A stretch of 64,000 nt of DNA from an uncultured Arcobacter sp. GTDB lineage: Bacteria; Campylobacterota; Campylobacteria; Campylobacterales; Arcobacteraceae. A program made the position numbers and the translations under genes. The stretch covers positions 448,001 through 512,000 of the forward strand of contig OZ223300.1 of NCBI GenBank assembly GCA_965140705.1. The letters are read 5' to 3'. The notes under the pieces were generated by a model. The model saw only the letters and a list, made by a program, of their open reading frames with translations, was not told where the DNA came from and searched no databases. Below, piece after piece: positions 17,649 to 27,375 of the stretch (position 1 is its first letter; each line of letters begins with the position of its first letter).

Positions 17649-20219
17649 ATGTTAAAATCATTGTCGATAAAAGCAAGGCTTTTACTTATAGTTATAAGTT
17701 CAATAGTCATTGTTTCTGCCGTTATGCTTGCACAGTCGGTAATTTCTTTACAGGAGACGTCGGCAACTGTAATAGAAAAGTTTAAACAAAATGCTTATGC
17801 TACAAAAGAAGAGGAACTAAAAAACTATGTTTCCTTGGTTATGAAAACAGTAGAGTCTTATTATGCAAGAACAGCCCCTGAAAAAATAAAAGTTGAAGTT
17901 CAAGCTAAATTAAAAGAACAAACTGAATTTATGTTATCAATCATGCAAGGAGAGTATGATAAGTATAAAGGAAAAGTATCTGATGAAGAACTGAAAAATA
18001 TGATTAAAACTTCGGTACAAAAAGCAAGATATGGAGATACAGGTTATTTTTGGATAAATGATTTAGATGCAAAAATCATTATGCATCCAATAAAACCAGC
18101 CCTAGATGGTAAGGATATGTCTGAATATAAAGATAAAGGTGGAAAAAGAATTTTTTATGAATTTGCAGAAGTTGCAAAAAAATCAGGTTCTGGATTTGTT
18201 GATTACGTTTGGCCAAAACCAGGTTTTGAAAAACCTCAAGAAAAGGTATCTTTTGTAAAACTTTTTGAACCATTTGGTTGGGTTATAGGTACTGGTGAAT
18301 ATGTTGATAATGTAACTGATAAATTGAAAAAAGAAGCACTAAAAGCAATATCACAAATGAAATACGGTAAATCTGGCTACTATTGGATTAACGATTCAAA
18401 TCATGTAGTAGTAATGCATGCAATGAAACCATCTTTAGTGGGTAAAAATATGTCTGATTTACAAGATCCAAAGGGTAAATACATATATCGAGAAATCGTT
18501 AAAACAGCTAATGCAAAAGAAGAGGGTGGATTGGTTAAATATATGTGGCCAAAACCTGGTAAGAAACTTGATCAACCTAAATTTTCATATGTACAAAGAT
18601 TTGCTCCTTGGGATTGGATTATAGGAACAGGGGCATATGTAGATGATATTGAAGATAAAATTGCACAAATGCATGATGAAACGGAAGCTCAAATAAAAGC
18701 GGTAATTATAAGAAATTGTGCAATTATTTTTGTTATTATGATTATCTTAGCAATAATTATGGGTATGCTATCTAATAGATCTATTTTTGTGCCTTTAAAT
18801 AAATTCCAAGATGGATTATTAGGATTCTTTAAATATCTAAATAAAGAACAACCTGATGTTGATAATCTTGATGATTCAGCAAATGATGAAATTGGAGCGA
18901 TGGCAAAAATTATAAATCAAAATCTAGGAAAAACAAAATCTTTAATTAAACAAGATGATGAATTAATTCAAGATGTTACAAGAGTTGTAGGGGAGATAGA
19001 AAAAGGGTATTTATTTAACAGAGTTGAAAAAAGAACAGAAAATGAGTCTTTACAAAAACTTCAAAATAAACTAAATGAAATGTTGGATAATCTTGAAACT
19101 AATATAGGTAAAGATACAAATATCATTTTAGATTGTTTAGCAAAATATGGAAAACTTGATTTTAGAGATAATATACAAAATGCTCAAGGAAAAGTTGAAG
19201 TAGCTATAAATGAATTGTCAGATATTATTAATAATATGCTAAAAGAGAATAAACAAAATGGTTTAACATTAGATGCAAGTTCTGATGTTTTACTTAAAAA
19301 TGTTGATACTTTAAATAAAAACTCTACATCAACAGCTGCTTCGTTAGAAGAAACAGCAGCAGCATTAGAAGAGATAACTTCTGCAATTGTTAGTAACACA
19401 AATAATATTGCAACAATGGCAACATATTCTGATGAATTAGTTGAATCAATAAATCTTGGTAAAACTTTAGCTGAGTCAACTGTAGTTGCAATGGATGAAA
19501 TTAATAGTCAAACAGAAGCTATTGCAGATGCAATTGTTTTAATTGATCAAATAGCCTTCCAAACAAATATTTTATCACTAAATGCAGCAGTTGAAGCGGC
19601 AACAGCAGGAGAAGCTGGAAAAGGATTTGCCGTAGTTGCACAAGAAGTAAGAAATCTAGCTTCAAGATCTGCTGATGCAGCAAAAGAGATAAAATCTTTA
19701 GTTGAAAATGCAACGCAAAAAACAAATGCAGGTAAAGAAGGAACTGATAAGATGATTAAAGGTTATGAAACTTTACATCTAAATATCAAAAAAACAACAG
19801 ATACAATACAATCAATTGCAGAATCATCAAAAGAACAAAGAGCAGGTATTGAGCAAATAAATGATGCTGTTAATAGATTGGATCAACAAACACAAGAGAA
19901 TGTTGCTATTTCTAATACTACTCACTCTATTGCTGTTGAAACTGATGAGTTAGCTAAACTTATTGTTACAGTTACAAATGAAAAAGAGTTTAGAGGTAAA
20001 CATGATTTGAAAGCAAAAGTTTCTAACTATGAAACAGCAACAGTTACTATACCTGTAAAGAAAGTAGAAGTGAAAAAACCAGAATCAAAAAAAGTAGAAA
20101 AATCTTCTGATACAAAAAAAGAAGTGAAAAGTGAAAATAGTTCTAAAATAGAGGCTAAACCTAAAGTTGAAATAATAAAAAGTCAAAGTAGTTCTGATGA
20201 TGAATGGGAAAGTTTCTAA
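17649..20219 (+). CDS. Methyl-accepting chemotaxis protein with two tandem Cache_2-type domains
   Basis: Two GY.WIND...MH...Y.WPKPG...W.IGTG.YVD repeats; [31 protein letters not shown]-terminal EWESF pentapeptide. Confidence 0.93.
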   Translation: MLKSLSIKARLLLIVISSIVIVSAVMLAQSVISLQETSATVIEKFKQNAYATKEEELKNYVSLVMKTVESYYARTAPEKIKVEVQAKLKEQTEFMLSIMQGEYDKYKGKVSDEELKNMIKTSVQKARYGDTGYFWINDLDAKIIMHPIKPALDGKDMSEYKDKGGKRIFYEFAEVAKKSGSGFVDYVWPKPGFEKPQEKVSFVKLFEPFGWVIGTGEYVDNVTDKLKKEALKAISQMKYGKSGYYWINDSNHVVVMHAMKPSLVGKNMSDLQDPKGKYIYREIVKTANAKEEGGLVKYMWPKPGKKLDQPKFSYVQRFAPWDWIIGTGAYVDDIEDKIAQMHDETEAQIKAVIIRNCAIIFVIMIILAIIMGMLSNRSIFVPLNKFQDGLLGFFKYLNKEQPDVDNLDDSANDEIGAMAKIINQNLGKTKSLIKQDDELIQDVTRVVGEIEKGYLFNRVEKRTENESLQKLQNKLNEMLDNLETNIGKDTNIILDCLAKYGKLDFRDNIQNAQGKVEVAINELSDIINNMLKENKQNGLTLDASSDVLLKNVDTLNKNSTSTAASLEETAAALEEITSAIVSNTNNIATMATYSDELVESINLGKTLAESTVVAMDEINSQTEAIADAIVLIDQIAFQTNILSLNAAVEAATAGEAGKGFAVVAQEVRNLASRSADAAKEIKSLVENATQKTNAGKEGTDKMIKGYETLHLNIKKTTDTIQSIAESSKEQRAGIEQINDAVNRLDQQTQENVAISNTTHSIAVETDELAKLIVTVTNEKEFRGKHDLKAKVSNYETATVTIPVKKVEVKKPESKKVEKSSDTKKEVKSENSSKIEAKPKVEIIKSQSSSDDEWESF

Positions 20220-20248
20220 GATAAAAAAAGAAGAGATATAAAGTTATT

Positions 20249-20605
20249 TTATATCTCTTCAGATATTATTGTACTTATTTTTTTTGACGAGCCAAAATGT
20301 GGGAATAATTTGAACCTTATATTTTGGTAATTGCTTCTTAATTCTTCAATTATATTTGGAATATCATTTACAACATGTTTACCAGAATTTAAAAAATACG
20401 GATAAAGACTAATTTCAGTAATATTTTTTGAATCTAGTTGTTCTACAAGCTCTTCAATAGAAGGTTTAGCAAACTCTAAAAAAGCAGTTTCTATTCTCTT
20501 ATATTTATTTGAATTTAATTTTTTTATCTCTTCTACTAAATCTTTAAACTCCTGATTTGATTTATCTTTTTTACTACCATGTGCTATTAGTATTAATGCT
20601 TTCAT
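20249..20605 (-). CDS. Short sirohydrochlorin chelatase, CbiX/SirB family
   Basis: AHGS, AFLEFAKPS, PYFL.SGKHV..DIP; single domain, 118 aa. Confidence 0.85.
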   Translation of the reverse strand: MKALILIAHGSKKDKSNQEFKDLVEEIKKLNSNKYKRIETAFLEFAKPSIEELVEQLDSKNITEISLYPYFLNSGKHVVNDIPNIIEELRSNYQNIRFKLFPHFGSSKKISTIISEEI

Positions 20606-20635
20606 TATCTTCCTTAACTTTTCAATAACTATTTT

Positions 20636-21736
20636 TTATTCAAGACTTGTTTGCTTAAATTCTTTTACTATAGCTACTTCTCTTTGATAAATATATTTTT
20701 CTAAAATCTTTTTATTTGCTATACTTAAATCAAGTAACATTACTATTTTAGTTAAATTATTTTCTAGTTTTTCTATTTTTAAAACAGTTGCTTTTGAATC
20801 AATTCTTTCTTTATGTGTTTGAGTATCATGATATGAAGTGCCATAATATGTATTAAAACTTAGTGTTAAATTAACACTCTCATTTAGTTTAATTTTTTCA
20901 TCAAAAAACTTGACCTCAAATGAGATAGCTTTTGTAGATATGCTTGATACATCAAAAGAGTACCTATCATCTTTTTTAAAAACTGAAGCACTAAAATCTT
21001 CATTTGGAACAATTCCAATTACTTCTCTTTTTTTAGCTAAGTGTTCAATTCTTTCTAGATTATCAAAAGTTAGTTCATTGTTTTGTTCATCATAATCTTT
21101 TAATCTAACTTTTATAGTGTCATTGTTTGTTTCGATAATGCTACTTTTTTCTTTTAGTATAGCTTTTACTTGGACTTTAATTGTTTGTATTTTTATACTA
21201 TCTTCTTTTACTAAAGTAATAGTTCCTTCATGAATAAAAGGTAAACCTTTATAGTGATTAATCAAGGTAATTGGGGCTTTATTCTTTTTTATAATTAGTA
21301 AATTTCTTAATAATTCATCTTCAAAACTATCCTCATCTTTTTCTCCCTCTATAACTTTTAATAGGGTATTTGTTAATTGGTCAAAATTTACAGGCTTTTG
21401 AATGAAGTTTGTAATCCCTTCTTTTAAAAATTTTTCTACATTTTCTGAATAACCATAAGCAGAACAAACTATAATTTTAGAAGAGTGTTTGGTTTTATTT
21501 AGATTTTCTATAAATTCATGACCATCCATTTTAGGCATTTGAATATCTGTTAATATGATATTAGGATTATGGTTTTTGCAAATTTCTAAGGCTTCAAGAC
21601 CATCTTTAGCTACATAAACTTTATCAAAAAGTTTTTCTAAAAATACTTTCATTTGGTTTTGAATAGCTATACTATCTTCTACTATAAGTGCTGATAAATT
21701 TTTTGCAAGTTCTTTTAATACTTTTAAATTAGACAT
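20636..21736 (-). CDS. Response regulator: receiver plus non-DNA-binding C-terminal domain (degenerate PilZ-like)
   Basis: VED, TDIQMPKMDG, SAY, KP; beta-rich C-terminal region ending in the helix LEKYIYQRE. Confidence 0.8.
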   Translation of the reverse strand: MSNLKVLKELAKNLSALIVEDSIAIQNQMKVFLEKLFDKVYVAKDGLEALEICKNHNPNIILTDIQMPKMDGHEFIENLNKTKHSSKIIVCSAYGYSENVEKFLKEGITNFIQKPVNFDQLTNTLLKVIEGEKDEDSFEDELLRNLLIIKKNKAPITLINHYKGLPFIHEGTITLVKEDSIKIQTIKVQVKAILKEKSSIIETNNDTIKVRLKDYDEQNNELTFDNLERIEHLAKKREVIGIVPNEDFSASVFKKDDRYSFDVSSISTKAISFEVKFFDEKIKLNESVNLTLSFNTYYGTSYHDTQTHKERIDSKATVLKIEKLENNLTKIVMLLDLSIANKKILEKYIYQREVAIVKEFKQTSLE

Positions 21737-23958
21737 TATATATCCTTTGTAGAAAATCTTATTTCAAAACAAGCACCATCATCTTTATTTGACACTTGCA
21801 ATTGTCCATTTAAATGTTTTTCAATTATAATTTTTGACATATATAGTCCTAATCCTGTTCCTAATTCATCTTTAGTTGTGAAATAAGGGTCAAAGATTTT
21901 ATTTATAATATCTTCATTTATCCCACCAGCATTGTCGCTTATTTGGATTATTATTTGGTCTTTGTCCATAAACTCATTTATTCTTATTATTCTATCTTTT
22001 TCTCTTTTTTCAATTAAAGCTTCTTTTGCATTTTTTATAATATTTATAAATACTTGTAAAAGTTCTTTAGAATAAGTATAAATCTCATTTTGGGATTTAT
22101 ACTCTTGTTCTATAGTAATGTTATTATTTTCTAACATTTTGCCTATTACTTTAAAGGTTTCGTTAAATATAGATTTCACAGTAACTAAATCTTTTTGTTT
22201 ATTTGGTTTAAAAAAGTTTTTAAAATCATCGATTGTTTGAGAAAGATATTCTGTTTGAGATATAATATCTTTTAAATTTTCTTTTAATGAATCATTATTA
22301 ACACTATCAAGTTCTATGTCAGCTAGAATATTGTTTGCACCCATAGCAACAACAGAGATTGGTTGTCTCCATTGATGTGCTATCATACTTATCATCTCTC
22401 CCATTGCTGCATGTCTTGATTGTGCAATCATAAGTTCTTCTTTATCTTGTAACTCTTGTTTTAGATATACCTCTTTTGTGATATCTTGTATTGTACCTAT
22501 TGTATTAACAATTTTCCCAAAAGCAATTTCATGTTCTACATTACAATGTATATACCGTATTTCATTTTCTTTATATTTTTTAAATCTATATTCAATAGAG
22601 TAAGAGCTTTTTTCTCGTACACTATTTGTGAGTTTTTCTGATACTTTTTCTCTATCTTCTTCATAAACAAAAGTATTAAATAACTCTTTCATCCCAAATT
22701 CTGCATCTTCTTTTAGTCCAAATAATCTTCTAATATTTTCAGATACAGTTATTTCCATTGTACTTATCTTTAAACTCCAATGGGCTAAATTAGCTATTTT
22801 TTCAGCTTTTAAAAGAGTTTGTTGTGAATTACTCAGTGACATTTCTAACTCTTTTTGTTGTGTAATGTCAGTATGAAAACCAGTCATTCTTATGGCTTTT
22901 CCATCTTCATTAAAAAATGTTTTACCTCTATCTAATATCCAAATCCAATGACCATCTTTATGTCTTAGTCTATGAATATTTTCGTAAGAGTTTGTTACTT
23001 TATTATGGTTGTTTTGTATATCACATACAGCTTTTTCTTTATCTTCTGGATTTATAAGTTCTTCCCAGGTATTGATATCATTTAAAAGCTCGTCTGGTTT
23101 ATAACCTAACATTGCTTTCCACTCTTTTGAAAAATAAACTTTGTTTTGAACTAAGTCCCAATCCCATAATCCACTATTTGAAGCTCCCACTGCTAATTTA
23201 TATCTTTGATATAAGTCTTCTTGTTTTTTTGCCATCTTTTGAATAAGATCTTGTCTTGTATAAATATTATTAATAAACCAAATTAAAATAAGTAAAACAA
23301 ATATTGATAAAAGTATTATTACAATCTTAGTGATACTTACTTCTTTTTGCAATGATTCATAAAAATTTTTATAATCATTTGTTGGAATAGTGATTCTAAC
23401 GCCACCAATGTAATCACCTATTTTATAGTTTTGTTGATAGTGACAAGCCATACAACTTGCATCTACTTTTAAAGCACCTACATAAGTAAATCTTTTTAGA
23501 TTTTTGCTAAAAGAGTAGTATTCATTTATTTTATCTTTTTCAAATTTTTTTAGGGCAGTTTTTTCAAGTTTGTCAGGGGCATTATCTGGATTTATAGGTC
23601 TAAGACTAGTTAATTTATAATAGTAATTTCCTTGTTTATTGGAAATTTCAGAGATTTGTTTTGTCATCCAAGCATGATTTATTTTTATTAATAGTTTATT
23701 ATCTTTTGTGAAAATATGATTATTGATTAAATATTTATTTGGTTTTAGTGTATTGCTTTGTACATAGACTCCATCAAATTGAGTATTCCACTCTTTTATG
23801 TGAATTGTATCTTTAAAGTGAGCTCTAGATTCATTTAAAACCATTTTTTTAGAAATATTTATTTGGGAACTTGCATTTCTATCAATAAAATAAAAAGTGA
23901 CAATATTTCCTAAAATAATAAAAAAGACCGTAAGTAAGATTGCTTTTGTTTTAGTCAT
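21736..23958 (-). CDS. Sensor histidine kinase with periplasmic c-type heme (DUF3365-like) domain and PAS domains
   Basis: SLRPINP.N.PD, CMACH; PAS GLWDWD...HRLRHKDG.W.WI; MGEMISMIAHQWRQP, DNAGGI, FDPYFTTK, GTGLGL. Confidence 0.9.
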   Translation of the reverse strand: MTKTKAILLTVFFIILGNIVTFYFIDRNASSQINISKKMVLNESRAHFKDTIHIKEWNTQFDGVYVQSNTLKPNKYLINNHIFTKDNKLLIKINHAWMTKQISEISNKQGNYYYKLTSLRPINPDNAPDKLEKTALKKFEKDKINEYYSFSKNLKRFTYVGALKVDASCMACHYQQNYKIGDYIGGVRITIPTNDYKNFYESLQKEVSITKIVIILLSIFVLLILIWFINNIYTRQDLIQKMAKKQEDLYQRYKLAVGASNSGLWDWDLVQNKVYFSKEWKAMLGYKPDELLNDINTWEELINPEDKEKAVCDIQNNHNKVTNSYENIHRLRHKDGHWIWILDRGKTFFNEDGKAIRMTGFHTDITQQKELEMSLSNSQQTLLKAEKIANLAHWSLKISTMEITVSENIRRLFGLKEDAEFGMKELFNTFVYEEDREKVSEKLTNSVREKSSYSIEYRFKKYKENEIRYIHCNVEHEIAFGKIVNTIGTIQDITKEVYLKQELQDKEELMIAQSRHAAMGEMISMIAHQWRQPISVVAMGANNILADIELDSVNNDSLKENLKDIISQTEYLSQTIDDFKNFFKPNKQKDLVTVKSIFNETFKVIGKMLENNNITIEQEYKSQNEIYTYSKELLQVFINIIKNAKEALIEKREKDRIIRINEFMDKDQIIIQISDNAGGINEDIINKIFDPYFTTKDELGTGLGLYMSKIIIEKHLNGQLQVSNKDDGACFEIRFSTKDI

Positions 23959-24063
23959 AAACTTTGCCCTTATTCTTTAATTACATTATAGTTAAAAATA
24001 TATTTGTTTTATTTAAACTAATAAAAATATAAGAGATATTTGATATAATTTACATCTTCAAAT

Positions 24064-24140
<77 letters not shown>

Positions 24141-24224
24141 CTTCTATTTAGAATTCCAAAACTTATAAAATATATTGTTGATGATTTGTTTAATTTGATT
24201 GTATTAAAATGTAGATTGAACTAG

Positions 24225-24300
24225 TGGTGGCGCGGGGCAGAATCGAACTGCCGACACAAGGATTTTCAGTCCTTTGCTCTACCGACTGAGCTACCGAGCC
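24225..24300 (-). tRNA. tRNA-Phe(GAA)
   Basis: Reverse complement GGCTCGGTAGCTCAGTCGGTAGAGC AAGGA-CTGAAAA-TCCTT...GTTCGATTC...ACCA. Confidence 0.96.
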
Positions 24301-24305
24301 ACTAG

Positions 24306-24390
24306 TGGTGGTGAGGGAAGGATTTGAACCTTCGAAGCCGTAGGCGGCGGATTTACAATCCGCAGGATTTGACCACTCTCCAACCTCACC
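24306..24390 (-). tRNA. tRNA-Tyr(GTA)
   Basis: Reverse complement has GCGGA-TTGTAAA-TCCGC, a long variable arm, GTTCAAATC and CCA; 5-nt spacer to tRNA-Phe. Confidence 0.96.
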
Positions 24391-24455
24391 TTTTGTTTGA
24401 AGAGCGTAATAATATTCAAACAAAGATTAAAGTTATATGAAATTTGTACATAATT

Positions 24456-25088
24456 TCAATCTTTTTTTGTATATTTTAACCATTGGCTTAAAAATTCATC
24501 TCTTTTTAAAATAGTAGAACCCAAATCAATCTTGTATTGTAAACATGCATGACCTAAGTTCCAAAATTTGTAGTTCTCATTTTGAAGCAGTTTTGCTAAA
24601 AGAACTAATTGTAGTTTACCATAATTATTGTATATTTTTTCTCTGCTTGAAAAGCCAGTCAAACTTGTATATACTTTTCCAATTTTATATCCAATCTCAC
24701 CTGCAATTAGCGTATAGTTTTTTTTATCATATAATTCAAAAGTCAATAATTCAAAATTGTCATGCTTATTTGAAAAGATATCTAAAAGCATATTTTTATA
24801 CTCTTCAGTTATCCATGAATCCTTGTGAAATTCATTTATTCTTTTTATAACTTCATTTAAATTTTTATTTTTTATAAATAAATAAGTATCCTCTTTTAGT
24901 AACTTTTTTACTTTTCTACTTATATGAAGATTTTCAAAGTATAAAACGGCATATTCAAATTGGATTTCTGGAAGTAAATAGCTTCTATTGTTTGCTAAAG
25001 TAGCTGTAGTACTAATAAAACCTGCTTGGGCTAACTTCATGTATAAAGAAGGTGAAAACTGCTCACAGGCATAATAGTTTTCTTCCAT
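24456..25088 (-). CDS. Leucyl/phenylalanyl-tRNA--protein transferase-like protein (start may be upstream)
   Basis: LHISRK, SWIT, LIAGEIGY.IG..YTSLTGF, GKLQL, YK.DLG...L.R.EFL. Confidence 0.7.
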   Translation of the reverse strand: MEENYYACEQFSPSLYMKLAQAGFISTTATLANNRSYLLPEIQFEYAVLYFENLHISRKVKKLLKEDTYLFIKNKNLNEVIKRINEFHKDSWITEEYKNMLLDIFSNKHDNFELLTFELYDKKNYTLIAGEIGYKIGKVYTSLTGFSSREKIYNNYGKLQLVLLAKLLQNENYKFWNLGHACLQYKIDLGSTILKRDEFLSQWLKYTKKD

Positions 25089-25212
25089 ATTAGGATAAAT
25101 ATGATTTACTAATATTTGTTTATTGGAGATTATTTCCTCATCTATTAGGTAAATAATAAAATCCTTTTAAAAGAGTAAGGGAAAAGTAGAATTCATCAGA
25201 TAAGACTTTTTC

Positions 25213-26052
25213 TTATGAAAGAAGTCTTAATACTGATTGTTGGTTGATATTATTAGCTTGTGATTGTCCAAAAGAACCAATTTGAGCTAAAATATTTTGT
25301 TTAGAGAAACTTGATACTTCTTTAGCAAAATCTACATTTGAAATAGTAGATAGAGCTGAACTATTATTTACAACTTGTGAAGACATTGAAGTATATGAAG
25401 ACTCTAATTGTTGTGCAGTAGAACCAATATCACTTCTATAATCTTGAAGTTTTGCAGTTGCTTGATCAATTGTATCTAAAAACGTTCTTGCATCATCGGC
25501 TGAAAATGTATTATCTTGAAAAAAGCCATCTAATCCTAAACCTTGTGTATTAGATTGAAGAGGATTAAGTGATGTAGTATCTTGAGAATCAGTACCTGTT
25601 TGTACATTAAAAGAGTTACTTTCACCTTTATCATCTTGACTATTTTGCAAAATAGAATTATCTCCATAACTAGTACTTGAAGCAATGTTATCAAATTGTT
25701 CTAAAAGTTTAGAAATATCATTTCTAATAATATTTCTTTGATCATCACTTGTTGTATCAGTTGCTGCTTCTAAAGTTTTTTCTCTAATTGTTCTTAAAAT
25801 ATCAGATTGTTCACCTAATGCACTATCTCCTATTTGTAAATAAGATAAAGCACTATTGATATTTTCAACACCTTGAGTTAATCCACTTTGTTGATAATTT
25901 AATTGTTCCGAAATAGCTAAAAGCGCAGGATCGTCTGATGCTTTTGTTAATTCTTTATTTGTTGCAATCTTTTCTAAAGGATTGCTTGACCTAACTCCTT
26001 GAAGCTCTTCTGGTACATATAAATAATTGCTGTAATCATTTGATATAGTCAT
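25213..26052 (-). CDS. Orphan short flagellin-like protein (FlaC-like)
   Basis: ASDDPA.LAIS, Q..D.AL, IRE...A, RSDIGS, ISNVDFAKE, QQSVLRLL; almost no variable domain; AAGGAG RBS. Confidence 0.85.
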   Translation of the reverse strand: MTISNDYSNYLYVPEELQGVRSSNPLEKIATNKELTKASDDPALLAISEQLNYQQSGLTQGVENINSALSYLQIGDSALGEQSDILRTIREKTLEAATDTTSDDQRNIIRNDISKLLEQFDNIASSTSYGDNSILQNSQDDKGESNSFNVQTGTDSQDTTSLNPLQSNTQGLGLDGFFQDNTFSADDARTFLDTIDQATAKLQDYRSDIGSTAQQLESSYTSMSSQVVNNSSALSTISNVDFAKEVSSFSKQNILAQIGSFGQSQANNINQQSVLRLLS

Positions 26053-26127
26053 CGAGTCTCCTTTCTTGAGGTTTTCTTTATTTTACAACTTCTAGTATTA
26101 AACCAACTTTAAGGATTAATACTAATA

Positions 26128-26160
26128 TAACCTTTTGTTAACTTTTTGTTAACCTTTGGT
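26128..26160. repeat. Three tandem 11-bp direct repeats, probable regulator binding site
   Basis: TAACCTTTTGT TAACTTTTTGT TAACCTTTGGT. Confidence 0.7.
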
Positions 26161-26197
26161 TGTTTCATAGTTAACTGAATAAGAATATACTTATATT

Positions 26198-26309
26198 ATA
26201 AGTAAATAGGAAGCGCGAACACTAGGCTTGTTTACTAAGATTAAAGTTCTCCTTGAAATAAAATTAAATCAGTTAAAAAGGCACTCTAAAGGGTTAGGTG
26301 CCTTTTTTT
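26198..26309 (+). ncRNA. Candidate small regulatory RNA
   Basis: TATACT at 26186-26191; 5' hairpin 26201-26236; TTCTCCTT at 26247-26254; strong terminator; no plus-strand ORF upstream. Confidence 0.5.
26275..26309 (+). terminator. Rho-independent terminator (orphan)
   Basis: AAAAAGGCAC-T-CTAA-AGGG-TTAG-GTGCC-TTTTTTT. Confidence 0.8.
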
Positions 26310-26376
26310 ATGCCTAAAATCTTTTTAAATCAATAATAATTTGGGTATTATGTCAAAATTATTAAAAAGGTTATAG

Positions 26377-27375
26377 ATGAAAAGAGTTTTTTTACAAAAT
26401 TATAAGCCCCTAGAATTCAAGTTTTATCAAAATAAAGATGATTTTATTGTTACAGAAAATCCAATAAAATTCACAAATAGAGGTAATTTTATAATTTTAA
26501 AAATAGAAAAAGAGAGATTAGGAACTTGGGATTTAATTGACTCACTTGCTAGAAATCTAAATATATATGAAAATGAAATAGGTTATGCTGGATTAAAAGA
26601 TAAGAATGCAACTACTACTCAATACATCTCAATACCTAGAAAATATGTAAAAGATATAAAAAAATTTAAACATCCAAAGATAAAGATATTAGAGACCTTT
26701 TTACATAGTACAAAGTTAAATATTGGTGATTTGATTGGAAACTCTTTTGAAATAAATCTTCATGAAGTAGAGTCTTGTGATGTAGGTATTATTGAAAAAA
26801 GGCTACATGAACTTGCAAAAAATGGTATACCAAATTTCTTTGGATATCAAAGATTTGGGAAAGATATAAAAGAGAACCTTGAAAAAGCAAATAAGATTAT
26901 TTATGGTGATTTGAAAATTAGAGATAGAAAATTAGAAAAGATGTTAATTTCTATTTATCAAAGTGATTTATTTAATAAATGGCTTGCTAAAAGAGTTGAA
27001 ATGTCTGATGGAAGATTTAAATTACTTGATGGTGAAGTTATGAAATCACTTGTTGATTTGAAATTTTTTACACCAAATAAAATAAATGAAAAGATAATAA
27101 AAGATTTTGAGGATAAAAAAATAGTTCCTACAGGTCTTTTATGTGGAAGAGAAGTCTATAGAGCAAGAAATGAAGCATATCTTATTGAAAAAGAGTTTGA
27201 TGATACTTATATTCAAGAAAAAGGTTTAAGAAGAGATGCTATTATTTTCCCAAAAGATATTTTTGTAAATTATGATGTTGAAAATAAAAAGTGCAAACTA
27301 AAATTCACACTTCCAAAAGCTTCATATGCTACAGTTGTGGTTGAAAATATAGCAAATAAAAATCTAAGAGTTTAA
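26377..27375 (+). CDS. truD: tRNA pseudouridine(13) synthase
   Basis: DFIVTE, GYAGLKDKNATTTQYIS, GNSFEI, PNFFGYQRFG, FTLPKASYAT. Confidence 0.95.
   Translation: MKRVFLQNYKPLEFKFYQNKDDFIVTENPIKFTNRGNFIILKIEKERLGTWDLIDSLARNLNIYENEIGYAGLKDKNATTTQYISIPRKYVKDIKKFKHPKIKILETFLHSTKLNIGDLIGNSFEINLHEVESCDVGIIEKRLHELAKNGIPNFFGYQRFGKDIKENLEKANKIIYGDLKIRDRKLEKMLISIYQSDLFNKWLAKRVEMSDGRFKLLDGEVMKSLVDLKFFTPNKINEKIIKDFEDKKIVPTGLLCGREVYRARNEAYLIEKEFDDTYIQEKGLRRDAIIFPKDIFVNYDVENKKCKLKFTLPKASYATVVVENIANKNLRV

Noticed and set aside
24190..24423. 77-aa minus-strand ORF in the track
   Set aside because: It is a translation through tRNA-Tyr and tRNA-Phe
26128..26160. CRISPR array or iterons
   Set aside because: Repeats are only 11 bp, contiguous with no spacers, and there are no cas or rep genes in the window
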